Positions 26,601-34,214 of a stretch of DNA of 36,784 bases are shown here, one piece after another. The DNA is from Elusimicrobiota bacterium (GTDB taxonomy: Bacteria; Elusimicrobiota; Elusimicrobia; UBA1565), in NCBI GenBank assembly GCA_043827405.1, contig JBDRPD010000040.1, positions 1 to 36,784 on the forward strand, in the 5' to 3' direction. Each line of letters opens with the position of its first letter. The first letter of the stretch is position 1. The position numbers and the translations under genes were made by a program. Under the pieces are notes generated by a model. It saw nothing but the letters and a program-made list of their open reading frames with translations. It did not search any database and was not told the DNA's origin.

Positions 26601-27593
26601 GATGCCGACCGCGTGATCGCCCGGCTGCCCGGACCGCCGTACAAGTTCCTCGACCGCATCACCGAGGTGCGGGGCGAGCCGTGGAAGCTGAAGGCCGGGG
26701 CGTCGGCCGAGGCGCAGTACGATGTGCCGCCGCAGGAATGGTATTTCGCCGCCAACCGCCAGCCGGAGATGCCGTTCGCCGTGCTGCTCGAGGTCGCGCT
26801 GCAGCCTTGCGGCTGGCTCGCGGCCTATCTCGGCTCGGCGCTGACCAGCGACGTGGACCTGTCGTTTCGCAACCTCGGCGGGTCGGCGGTGCGGCACCGC
26901 GCGGTCGGGCCGGACAGCGGAACCCTGACGACGCGGGTGACCATGACCCAGGTCTCTCACTCGGGCGGCATGATCATCCAGCACTATGATTTCGCGGTGA
27001 CCAGCGGCGGCCGGCCGGTCTATACGGGCAAGACCTATTTCGGCTTTTTTTCCAAGAGCGCGCTCGCCGATCAGGTCGGCATACGGGAGGCGAAGCTCTA
27101 TCAGCCGACCGCGGAGGAAGAGGCGCGGGGCGTGAGCTTTTGGGTATCCGACAAGGCGCCGATGCCGGGCCGGAAGTTCCGCATGGTGGACTATATCGAC
27201 CTCTTCGTCCCCGACGGCGGGCCTCAGGGGCTGGGCTTTTTGCGCGGCAGCATCGACGTCGATCCCGAGGCGTGGTTCTTTAAGGCGCATTTCCATCAGG
27301 ACTCGGTATGGCCCGGTTCGCTCGGCCTTGAGTCCTTCCTGCAGGTGCTCAAAGTCTATGCGGCCGACCGCTGGAACGCCGCGGCGGACGCGGTGTTCGA
27401 AAACGTCGCGGTCGAGGAGAAGCATGAGTGGACGTACCGCGGGCAGATCCTGCCGACCGACAAGCGCGTGAGCGTGCAGGCGGTGGTGACCGCCGTCGAC
27501 GACAAGAACCGGCTGCTGCATGCCGCGGGGCACCTCTCGGTCGACGGCCGCGTTATCTACGCGCTGCAGGACTTCACGCTGAGGCTGCGGTGA
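20676..27593 (+). CDS. Fused PfaB/PfaC-like subunit (KS-CLF-AT-four FabA-type hotdog DH/pseudo-DH domains)
   Basis: KS1: DAACASS / ECHATGT / GHLLTG. KS2 has Cys replaced by Glu (QSEESSG), i.e. a chain-length factor. AT: GYSLGES. DH motifs CHFVDDKVMPGTLMYE and AHFHQDSVWPGSLGLE, each preceded by a pseudo-DH. Confidence 0.92.
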   Translation: MKFEQPIAIVGLGGIFPCALTLDAFWEMIAAGRDAVREVPRGRWPLPAATVYDPEIAAPDKVNSTRGCFIEDFELDRDGLALDSKFLDVLDPMFHIGLHAAREALRGDALKEIDRRRVGVVLGNIALPSERSSRMAVDLLGRTFEEKLLGRRSEDPETANGAHRIPRSAASKVASINRYVAGLPAGVIAKALGLGGGCFTLDAACASSLYALKLACDELLAGRADAMLSGGMSRPDCFYTQMGFSQLRAVSPSGLCSPFDARGDGLVVGEGAGMFLLKRHADAVRDGDEIHALIRGVGLSNDVEGNLLAPSSEGQLRAMRQAYQEAEWDPRSLDLIECHATGTLVGDAVEFASLSRLWGERAPGPEKCVLGSVKSNVGHLLTGAGAAGLMKVLLALRHKVLPPTANFSRQGSKIDLDHSPFEVLRQARDWNPRAEGKLRRAAVSGFGFGGINAHVLIEEAPVAEGLPVAARDTVRWLADKVAPKIHIGGEAPPPPPANPVPVAVVGMGARFGPWKNLRAVQERMLGGGEKHLPRLPRWWGAENSAWFKARGLNREAFRGYYIDSIDAPLGRFRIPPNELKEMLPQQLLMLLTADEALRDAGWKKEQRLDAGAFIGIGLDLNTTNFHFRWMIQDKAPEWSRRLGGGPQGEALEEWIKVLRDAAAPALTANRTMGALGGIVASRLAREFRFGGSCFTVQSEESSGLRALETAVRALQNGDLNAALVGAVDLAGDLRSMIGTHSGRPYSPTGSVRPFDAEADGTMGGEGAAAVVLKRLDDAIRDGDRIYSVINGVGSASEGGADGMIPEKGAYTAAAARAYAEAGVERAAIGYVGAHGSGSPAEDRMEAAALAEVFGAQGRCVLGSAKADVGHTGAASGLASFVKASLCLYQEILPPLRGHRHAIEELRTGVRMRRPATPRYWLRDRVDGPRRAGVSAFSVDGNCVHVVLAAHERAADERGADKLRPLGDREEALFIAGGADAGEIRGRLARLKALARRHEGCGIEALARRWHDGGEDAGARACAIVARETGELLRLSSGAERALAETPDRPIEEARVYYRPAPLGPEARTAFLFPGSGNHFPDMGRALSAHWPAALRRQDEENERLRSQYVPDIFWEEGADIRRDTKALIFGQVSLGTFVSDIVRGLGVRPDAAIGYSLGESAALFALRVWRDRDEMLRRMDESTLFTTDLAGPCDAARRRWKLPNGVPVDWSIGVLDIPAARVRRALENRQRVYLLIVNTPQECVIGGDRSEVKEVVSELGGRFIELDGVTTVHCEAAEPVREAYLQLHLFKTKPPEGVRFYSGCWGSDYDVTPRRAAESVLEQALYGVDYPKVIEAAYRDGVRVFLELGPGASCTRMVGRILDGRPHLAAAACSVEEPGPTAILKMLGRLAADRIAFDLGALYGAGHPPAAQDMQPAVTLQVGGDSFDIPSPPKPRRTSPRVSVPVPALVRPAVPAAAAAPLSAARPAAEVRDPFLARMHAADAAKTRAHETFLRISAGVTAAMAQAIAFQQRLGGGEVLPAPPAVPPVFLDREQCLEFAVGRIGAALGPRFAPVDAHPTRVRLPDEPLMLVDRILEVEGGPCAMTSGRVVTEHDVHDGAWYLDGGRIPTCIAVEAGQADLFLSGYLGIDFQTKGLAVYRLLDAVVTFHRGLPRPGETIRYDIRIERFFRQGETHLFKFSFDGTVDGEPLLTMRDGCAGFFTAAELAAGKGIVHTELDRRRLPGKKPADWTDLVALSEESYDRDKIDALRGGDLAACFGPEFAGLELRDPETLPGAAGARMRLIDRVLALEPGGGRYGLGKITAEADIRPDDWFLTCHFVDDKVMPGTLMYECCLHTLRVYLLRLGWIGEQGRCVHEPVPGVSSRLKCRGQVIESTKIAAYEITLKELGYTEDGTPFAVADALMYADGKAVVEITDMSVRLTGLTKDGLRSLWNRRPAAPAAAAEEKKPVYDNASILAFAVGKPSEAFGKPYRVFDADRVIARLPGPPYKFLDRITEVRGEPWKLKAGASAEAQYDVPPQEWYFAANRQPEMPFAVLLEVALQPCGWLAAYLGSALTSDVDLSFRNLGGSAVRHRAVGPDSGTLTTRVTMTQVSHSGGMIIQHYDFAVTSGGRPVYTGKTYFGFFSKSALADQVGIREAKLYQPTAEEEARGVSFWVSDKAPMPGRKFRMVDYIDLFVPDGGPQGLGFLRGSIDVDPEAWFFKAHFHQDSVWPGSLGLESFLQVLKVYAADRWNAAADAVFENVAVEEKHEWTYRGQILPTDKRVSVQAVVTAVDDKNRLLHAAGHLSVDGRVIYALQDFTLRLR

Positions 27594-28630
27594 GGTACTC
27601 CAAGGTCCATCTCGACGCCGCGGGCTATGAGCTCGGCCCGGTGGTCGTTACCTCCGCCGAGCTCGAAGAGCGCTTGCAGCCGCTCTATCGGGCGCTGCAT
27701 ATATCCGCCGGTCAGCTGGAGAGCCTGACGGGGATTCGCGAGCGCCGCTGGTGGGAAGAGGGACACCGCTTATCCGACGGAGCCGTCGCGGCGGCACGCA
27801 AGGCTTTGGCGCGTTCCGCGGTGCGGCCGCCTGATCTGGAGGCGCTCATCTACGCCGGGGTTTGCCGCGAGCAGTTCGAGCCGGCTACCGCCTGCCGGGT
27901 CGCGGCCGAGCTCGGGGTAAGCGGCGGGGCGCATATCTATGACATCTCCAACGCCTGCCTCGGCGTCATCAACGGCATTCTGGATATCGCCAACCGCATC
28001 GAGCTCGGCCAGATCCGCGCCGGGATGGTCGTTTCCTGCGAGTCCGCGCGGGAGATCAACGACATTATGATCAAGAAGATGCTGGAGAATCCCGGCATGG
28101 ATATATTCAAGTACTCGCTGGCGACTTTGACCGGCGGTTCGGGAGCGGTCGCGGTGATTCTCACCGACGGCTCGTTCGCCGGGGGCCGCCGCCGCCTTCT
28201 CGGCGGTGTGGCGCAGGCGGCGCCCGAACATCATCGGCTGTGCAAGTGGGGGATCGATAAGAAGCAGCCGGCGGCGCTGTCGGAGTACATGTCGACCGAC
28301 TCGGTTTCCGTTCTCGAGAACGGCGTACGGCTCGGCACCGCGACCTGGAAGGCGCTGCTGAAGAACCTGGAGTGGACCGCGCAGTCGGTGGACAAGGTCA
28401 TCTGCCATCAGGTCGGCTCGGGACACAAGGACTCGATCCTCAAAACGCTGGGCCTGGCGCCGGAAAAGGATTTTTCGACCTTTGAATATCTGGGCAATAT
28501 CGGCACCGTCTCCCTGCCGCTGACGGCCGCTCTCGCCGAGGAGCGCGAGTTTCTCGCGCCCGGAGATAAAGTGGCCTTCATGGGCATCGGCAGCGGGCTC
28601 AACTGCATGATGCTGGGATGGGAGTGGTGA
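27590..28630 (+). CDS. oleA: OleA thiolase-fold acyl condensing enzyme (FabH-like)
   Basis: LTGIRERRWW, FEPATA (Glu), ISNACLG (Cys), ICHQVG (His), GNIGTVSLP (Asn), GIGSGLNC. The probable GTG start at 27590 overlaps the upstream TGA. Confidence 0.92.
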   Translation: MRYSKVHLDAAGYELGPVVVTSAELEERLQPLYRALHISAGQLESLTGIRERRWWEEGHRLSDGAVAAARKALARSAVRPPDLEALIYAGVCREQFEPATACRVAAELGVSGGAHIYDISNACLGVINGILDIANRIELGQIRAGMVVSCESAREINDIMIKKMLENPGMDIFKYSLATLTGGSGAVAVILTDGSFAGGRRRLLGGVAQAAPEHHRLCKWGIDKKQPAALSEYMSTDSVSVLENGVRLGTATWKALLKNLEWTAQSVDKVICHQVGSGHKDSILKTLGLAPEKDFSTFEYLGNIGTVSLPLTAALAEEREFLAPGDKVAFMGIGSGLNCMMLGWEW

Positions 28631-29517
28631 GCCTTTCTCCATTTGCGCCGCACTGGTTCGACCGCGGCGGCGGCGCGCGGATGCACTACGTCGATGAAGG
28701 GCAGGGCGCGCCGGTAGTGATGGTGCACGGCAACCCGACCTGGTCGTTCTATTACCGGGAGCTGGCCGGAGCGCTGAAAGATTCCTGCCGGGTTATCGTG
28801 CCGGACCATGTCGGCTGCGGCCTGTCGGATAAGCCGCAGGATTATCCGTACACGCTCAAGCAGCGGGTCGATGACCTTGAGGCTTTGCTCGAGCACCTCG
28901 GCATCGTCAAGGACATCACTCTTATCGTGCACGATTGGGGCGGAATGATCGGCATGGCCTGGGCGTCGCGCCATCCTGAGCGGGTGCGCCGCCTCGTTAT
29001 TCTCAATACCGGAGCCTTCCACCTGCCGGAAGATAAGCCGTTTCCGTGGCAGCTATGGCTGTGCCGGACGCCGCTCGGCCCGCTGCTGGTCCGCGGCTGC
29101 AATATGTTTTGTCTGGCCGCGGCGCGGCTGTGCGCCGTCCGGCGCCCGCTGTCAGCCGCGGCGCGCGCCGGCTATTTGGCGCCGTATGACTCCTGGGCGA
29201 ACCGCGTCGCGGTTTTGCGTTTTGTCCAGGATATCCCGCTGACGGAGAGCGACGCGGCGTATGCGATCGTGACCGGAGTAGAGCAGGGGCTGCATCGCTT
29301 CCGCGGCGTTCCGACGCTTATCTGCTGGGGCCTGCGTGATTTTATTTTCGATGCGAGCTTTCTGCGCGTGTGGCGCAAGCACTTGCCCGGTGCCGAGGTT
29401 CACACCTTTGCGGACGGCGGCCATTATATCCTCGAGGACGCCGGCCCGGAGATCATCTCCCTGGTCGGGGATTTTATGCGTCGATATCCTGTGGACAAAG
29501 CCGCGCCGGCGCCGTGA
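28627..29517 (+). CDS. oleB: OleB beta-lactone decarboxylase (haloalkane dehalogenase-like alpha/beta hydrolase)
   Basis: MHYVDEG, HGNPTWSFYYR, PDHVGCGLSDKP, HDWGG nucleophile elbow, FVQDIPL, GHYILED; lies between oleA and oleC. Confidence 0.92.
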   Translation: MSLSPFAPHWFDRGGGARMHYVDEGQGAPVVMVHGNPTWSFYYRELAGALKDSCRVIVPDHVGCGLSDKPQDYPYTLKQRVDDLEALLEHLGIVKDITLIVHDWGGMIGMAWASRHPERVRRLVILNTGAFHLPEDKPFPWQLWLCRTPLGPLLVRGCNMFCLAAARLCAVRRPLSAAARAGYLAPYDSWANRVAVLRFVQDIPLTESDAAYAIVTGVEQGLHRFRGVPTLICWGLRDFIFDASFLRVWRKHLPGAEVHTFADGGHYILEDAGPEIISLVGDFMRRYPVDKAAPAP

Positions 29518-31151
29518 AGAACGTCAACGTCGCCGTTCACCTGCCGCGTATGGCCAAGCGCCAGCCCGACACGCTCGCCATCGCCTGGCCCGTCGCCGGC
29601 GGCGGACATGCATCCTGGACTTACAGCGAACTCAATCGCGAGAGCAACCGTGCGGCCCGCGGCCTGGAAGGCTGCGGCATCCGGCAGGGCATGCGCACCG
29701 TGCTTATGGTTAAGCCGGGACCCGAATTTTTCGCTCTCACCTTTGCCCTGTTCAAGATCGGAGCGGTGCCGGTTCTGGTCGATCCCGGCCTGGGCCGCAA
29801 AAACCTTAAGCGCTGCCTGGCGGAGGCGGAACCCGAAGCTTTTATCGGCATTCCCAAGGCCCATGCCGCCCGGATTTTGTTCGGGTGGGCGCGGCGGTCC
29901 CTGCGCCGGCTCGTTACGGTCGGGGGGCCGCGGCTGTGGGGCGGCGCCGACTACGAAGCGCTCAAGAGCCCGGACGCCTCCGCTTTTCAGAACGCCACCC
30001 GTACCGGCGATGCGGCGGCGATCCTTTTTACCAGCGGCGGCACCGGTGCGCCGAAGGGCGCTGTTTACACCCACGGTAATTTCGCCGCGCAGGTCGACAT
30101 CCTGCGCGAGATCTACGGCATCGAGCCCGGCGAGGTCGACCTGCCGACCTTCCCGCTGTTCGCGCTGTTCGCGCCGGCGCTCGGCATGTCGGCGGTGATC
30201 CCGGATATGGATTTTACGCGTCCCGCCGCGGTGGATCCGGCGAAGATCGTCGCCGCGATCCGCAAGTTCAACGTCACCCAGATGTTCGGCTCACCGGCGC
30301 TTATCCGCCGGGTGGGCGCCTATCTGGATGACGAGGATATTCAGCTGACCACGGTGCGGCGGGTGATCTCGGCGGGAGCGCCGGTTCCGGCGGCGACGCT
30401 GGCGCGCTTTACCCGGCACTTGCCGAAAGACGCCGAGGTGCATACCCCCTACGGCGCCACCGAGGCTTTACCCGTCGCCACCATCGGCAGCCGCGAGATT
30501 CTCGCCGGCACCTGCGCCGCGACGGCCAAAGGCGCCGGGGTTTGCGTCGGCCGTCCCGTCGGCGGGGTGCGGGTGCGTATTATCCGGATCACCGATCGCT
30601 CCATCCCGGTATGGTCGGACGATTGGGAAGCGCCGCCGGGGGAGATCGGAGAGATCGTGGTCGCGGGGCCGGTGGTGACCGGCAGCTATCACAACCGTGC
30701 ACGGGCGAACCGGCGCTCCAAGATCCCCGCCCCTGAGCGCGGCGGTTTTTATCACCGCATGGGTGATCTCGGCTATTTTGACCATGACGGCCGCCTGTGG
30801 TTCTGCGGGCGCAAGAGCCATCGTGTGCCGGCGCCCGACCGGCTCTACTACACGATCCCCTGCGAGGGCGTGTTCAACGAGCACCCCCAGGTCTACCGCA
30901 CCGCGCTCGTCGGCGTGCGGCGCGGGCGCATCTATGAGCCCGTTCTCTGCGTCGAGCGGGAGCACAGCGGCGAAGAGGTGCGCCTCGGCACGCTGCGCGA
31001 CGAGCTGCTCGCTTTGGGCGCCGCACACGAGCATACCCGGGACATTAAGAAAATTCTGTTCCACGACGCCTTTCCCGTCGATATCCGCCACAACGCCAAA
31101 ATTTTCCGCGAGCAGCTGGCGGTTTGGGCCGAGGACAAGCTGCGGTGGTAA
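29514..31151 (+). CDS. oleC: OleC beta-lactone synthetase (ANL/AMP-binding superfamily)
   Basis: FTSGGTGAPKG, DLPTFPLFALF, TPYGATE, HRMGDLG, LWFCGRKSHRV, FPVDIRHNAKIFRE. Probable GTG start at 29514. Confidence 0.93.
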   Translation: MKNVNVAVHLPRMAKRQPDTLAIAWPVAGGGHASWTYSELNRESNRAARGLEGCGIRQGMRTVLMVKPGPEFFALTFALFKIGAVPVLVDPGLGRKNLKRCLAEAEPEAFIGIPKAHAARILFGWARRSLRRLVTVGGPRLWGGADYEALKSPDASAFQNATRTGDAAAILFTSGGTGAPKGAVYTHGNFAAQVDILREIYGIEPGEVDLPTFPLFALFAPALGMSAVIPDMDFTRPAAVDPAKIVAAIRKFNVTQMFGSPALIRRVGAYLDDEDIQLTTVRRVISAGAPVPAATLARFTRHLPKDAEVHTPYGATEALPVATIGSREILAGTCAATAKGAGVCVGRPVGGVRVRIIRITDRSIPVWSDDWEAPPGEIGEIVVAGPVVTGSYHNRARANRRSKIPAPERGGFYHRMGDLGYFDHDGRLWFCGRKSHRVPAPDRLYYTIPCEGVFNEHPQVYRTALVGVRRGRIYEPVLCVEREHSGEEVRLGTLRDELLALGAAHEHTRDIKKILFHDAFPVDIRHNAKIFREQLAVWAEDKLRW

Positions 31152-32164
31152 AAGCCCTGGTCACGGGCGGCGGCGGGTTTCTCGGGAGCGCGGTATGCCG
31201 GGCGCTGCGGCACAAGGGCGTCGCGGTCCGCAGCTTCTCGCGCGGCGCTTATCCCGAGCTCGAGCAGGCCGGGGTCGAGACGGTGCGGGGAGATCTCACC
31301 GACCCGGCGGCCGTGCATGCCGCCGCCGCCGGCTGCGATATCGTCTTTCATGTCGCCGCCAAGGCGGGCGTTTGGGGGCGCGGCGAGGACTTCCGCCGCG
31401 TCAATGTCGAAGGGACCCGCAGCGTGCTCGAAGCCTGCCGCGCGCACGGCATTCGCCGGCTGGTCTATACCAGTTCGCCGAGCGTCGTCTTTGACGGCCG
31501 CGATATCGAAGGGGGGGATGAGTCCCTGCCGTATGCCGAGCATTACCATGCGCACTACCCGGCGACCAAGGCGGAGGCGGAGCGCTTGGTGCTCCGCGCC
31601 AACGGCCGGGATATCGCGACGGTGTCCCTGCGGCCGCATCTCATCTGGGGGCCCGGCGACAATCATCTGGTTCCCCGCATTATCGCCCGGCGCAGATCCG
31701 GCGCTTTGCGGCGGATCACCGGCCCGGTGAAGAAGGTGGACTCCGTCTATATCGACAACGCGGCGGCGGCGCATATTCTTGCCGCCGAGAAGCTGGCGCC
31801 GGGCGCCCCGAGCGCCGGCAAGGTCTATTTTATATCCAACGATGAGCCGCTGCCGGTATGGGAGCTCATCGACCGCATCCTGATGGCGGCGCATCTGCCG
31901 CCGGTCGAGAAGACCGTATCGCCCGGGCTCGCCTATGCGGCGGGAGCGGGGCTGGAGGCCGTCTACCGTCTGCTGCGTCTGGGCGGCGAGCCGCGCATGA
32001 CGCGCTTTTTGGCCCGCGAGCTCTCCACCGCGCACTGGTTCGATATCTCCGCCGCCCGGCGGGATCTCGGCTACCGGCCCGCGGTCTCCATTCAGGAAGG
32101 CCTGCGGCGCCTCGAAGCCGCGCTAGCCGCGGATGATCTCGCGCAGGGCGCGCAGGCCCTCTAG
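31145..32164 (+). CDS. oleD: OleD 2-alkyl-3-oxoalkanoate reductase (extended SDR, 3-beta-HSD-like)
   Basis: VTGGGGFLG, FHVAAKAGVWG, YTSSPSVV, YPATK (YxxxK), LRPHLIWGPGD, HWFDISAARRDLGY. Probable GTG start at 31145. Confidence 0.93.
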   Translation: MVKALVTGGGGFLGSAVCRALRHKGVAVRSFSRGAYPELEQAGVETVRGDLTDPAAVHAAAAGCDIVFHVAAKAGVWGRGEDFRRVNVEGTRSVLEACRAHGIRRLVYTSSPSVVFDGRDIEGGDESLPYAEHYHAHYPATKAEAERLVLRANGRDIATVSLRPHLIWGPGDNHLVPRIIARRRSGALRRITGPVKKVDSVYIDNAAAAHILAAEKLAPGAPSAGKVYFISNDEPLPVWELIDRILMAAHLPPVEKTVSPGLAYAAGAGLEAVYRLLRLGGEPRMTRFLARELSTAHWFDISAARRDLGYRPAVSIQEGLRRLEAALAADDLAQGAQAL

Positions 32165-32557
32165 GTAGCTGACGGCGCCCTTCCCCACGAACTGCCCTGC
32201 GCATACCGGCTCGGTCACCGACTTGCGGCGCCACGCTTCCCGCTTGCGGATATCGCTCAGATGCACTTCGACGGCCGGCCGGTCGAGCGAAGCGAGGCCG
32301 TCGCGCAGGGCGTACGAGTAGTGGGTGTAGGCGGCGGGGTTGATGAGGATGCCGTCGGCCCAGCGGCGGTGCCGGTGCATGAGGTCGAGGAGCTCCCCTT
32401 CGCCGTTCTTCTGGAATATCTTGACCGTGATCTTCAGGCGTTTGGCTTCCGCGCGGAGCATGCGGTTGAGGCGGGCCAGCGTCATGGTCCCGTAAATCTT
32501 CTTCTCGCGTTCGCCCAGGAGGTTGAGGTTGGGACCGTGGAGGATGAGGATATTCAT
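32123..32557 (-). CDS. aroQ: Type II 3-dehydroquinate dehydratase
   Basis: HGPNLNLLGEREKKIYG, INPAAYTHYSYALRD, EVHLSDIRKRE. Confidence 0.96.
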   Translation of the reverse strand: MNILILHGPNLNLLGEREKKIYGTMTLARLNRMLRAEAKRLKITVKIFQKNGEGELLDLMHRHRRWADGILINPAAYTHYSYALRDGLASLDRPAVEVHLSDIRKREAWRRKSVTEPVCAGQFVGKGAVSYLEGLRALREIIRG

Positions 32558-33633
32558 GCGATCTCCTTTAGGGCGCGTCGAATTTCGGCCGAGGTTACGT
32601 CGTTTTTGCGCCGCGGCGCGCCGATGCGCTTAAGCAGGATGAAGACGTTTTTGCCGCCGGCGACTTTTTTGTCGCCGCGCAGGAGGTCGAGAATTCTGGC
32701 GGTTCCGACAGACCAGCGCGGCGCCGGGAGCTTCGCCAACAGCGAGTCCGCCAGGGCGGCGTCGGCAAGCCAGCCGCGGTTTTTTGCCAGCGCGATCGCG
32801 GCGCGCATACCCCAGGCCACGGCTTCGCCGTGACGCAGCAGCCGGTAGCCGGTCGCGGCTTCGAGAGCGTGGCCGATCGTATGGCCGAAATTGAGGAGCT
32901 CGCGCTTTCCCGAGAGATCGCGCTCGTCGGCGGCTACCACGGCGGCCTTGAGCTCGGCGCAGCGGCGGATCATGCGCGCGCGCGGCGCATGCTCGCCGCG
33001 CAGGATCGCCTTCCAGTTCGTCTCCAGCCAGCGCGCAAAGGCGCGGTCGAATACCAAGGCGTACTTTACGACCTCGGCCAGTCCCGCCAGCAGCTCCGCC
33101 CGCGGCAAGGTGCGCAGCGCGTCGGTATCGGCGGCGACGAGGACCGGCTGGTAGAAAGCGCCGACGGCGTTCTTGGCGTGCGGATGGTTGACCGCGGTCT
33201 TGCCGCCGATGGCGCTGTCGACCTGGGCGAGCAAGGTCGTGGGAATATGCACCAGCGGGATGCCGCGGTAGTAGGTGGCGGCGGCAAAACCGGCGGCGTC
33301 GCCCACGGTTCCGCCGCCCACGGCAAGCAGCGGGATACGGCGCTCGATCTTGCGGCTGAGCAGAAAGGTGTAGAGCTTCTGCAGCTCGCCGAAAGACTTC
33401 GCCGCTTCGCCGGACGGCAAGGCGTAGATGTCGGTGCGCCAGCCTGCGCGCTTGAGCGCGCGGACGACCTGGCCGGCGATCCCGGCGCGAAGCCGGCGGT
33501 CGGTCACAATAACGGCACGCTCTTTTAATCCGGCCCCGCGCAGCAGTTCCGGCAGGCGCGCGATCAGCCCGCGTCCGGTGTGGACCGGGTAGGGGCGGGG
33601 CTTGGTTTTGACGACGATGCTGGGTCGGGCCAT
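32554..33633 (-). CDS. aroB: 3-dehydroquinate synthase
   Basis: GEAAKS, GGGTVGDAAGFAAATYYRG, PTTLLAQVDSAIGGKTAVN, KNAVGAFYQP, LNFGHTIGHALE, HGEAV. Confidence 0.96.
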   Translation of the reverse strand: MARPSIVVKTKPRPYPVHTGRGLIARLPELLRGAGLKERAVIVTDRRLRAGIAGQVVRALKRAGWRTDIYALPSGEAAKSFGELQKLYTFLLSRKIERRIPLLAVGGGTVGDAAGFAAATYYRGIPLVHIPTTLLAQVDSAIGGKTAVNHPHAKNAVGAFYQPVLVAADTDALRTLPRAELLAGLAEVVKYALVFDRAFARWLETNWKAILRGEHAPRARMIRRCAELKAAVVAADERDLSGKRELLNFGHTIGHALEAATGYRLLRHGEAVAWGMRAAIALAKNRGWLADAALADSLLAKLPAPRWSVGTARILDLLRGDKKVAGGKNVFILLKRIGAPRRKNDVTSAEIRRALKEIA

Positions 33634-33755
33634 ATGCGGTATCCGTGCATAGTGTAGGAACGTGGCGGCGCGGGGTCAATATTGTTCTATAAAATTTATC
33701 GAAAGTTGATTTCTTTAAGCTATCTTAATCAGCGGGAACGTGCTGCTGTCGGGTT

Positions 33756-34214
33756 ATGCGAGTCATTGAAATCATCACCATCGGCCTGCCGTTTTGCGTC
33801 TTCAAGTTCATATTGGGGATGCTGCTGGTGACGCGCCCGGGCTTTCATATGCTCGGCGGCGCGCTGGCGATTCTGGCCGTCGTCGACGGGCTGATCAACC
33901 TGGCTAATCTCGGCAGCCTGCTGGCGCGCGGCAAGCGCGCGGCCGCCCCGTGCCTCACCGCGGCCGTCGCCGGGTATTGGCCCGGCAAGGTCTCCCAGTC
34001 CGCACGCGAAGATATCGGCATTTCGCTAGACGTGCTGCTTGCGATGTCGATTGTGGCGTATGTGATCGGCAGCGGCGCCATCACGCAGCTGGAGCCGCAG
34101 CGGGCGCTGGTGTGGAATGTCTGCGTGATACTCAACGTTATGGGCGCGGGGCTGAGCCGTCTCAGCCGTTCGATCAGCCGTGCCGCCGCCGGCGACCGCC
34201 GCGCCCGTTCATGA
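33756..34214 (+). CDS. Hypothetical membrane protein (about 4 TM helices)
   Basis: Four hydrophobic segments; ATGA overlap with the downstream radical SAM gene. Confidence 0.75.
   Translation: MRVIEIITIGLPFCVFKFILGMLLVTRPGFHMLGGALAILAVVDGLINLANLGSLLARGKRAAAPCLTAAVAGYWPGKVSQSAREDIGISLDVLLAMSIVAYVIGSGAITQLEPQRALVWNVCVILNVMGAGLSRLSRSISRAAAGDRRARS

Noticed and set aside
21177..27533. 2118-aa minus-strand ORF, and similar long antisense ORFs (14094-17264, 18864-21164, 552-1898)
   Set aside because: Antisense shadows of GC-rich genes with strong codon bias; no recognisable motifs.
27590..32164. Beta-lactone antibiotic (lipstatin/ebelactone-like) cluster
   Set aside because: An intact OleB-type decarboxylase in canonical oleABCD order favours an olefin end product.
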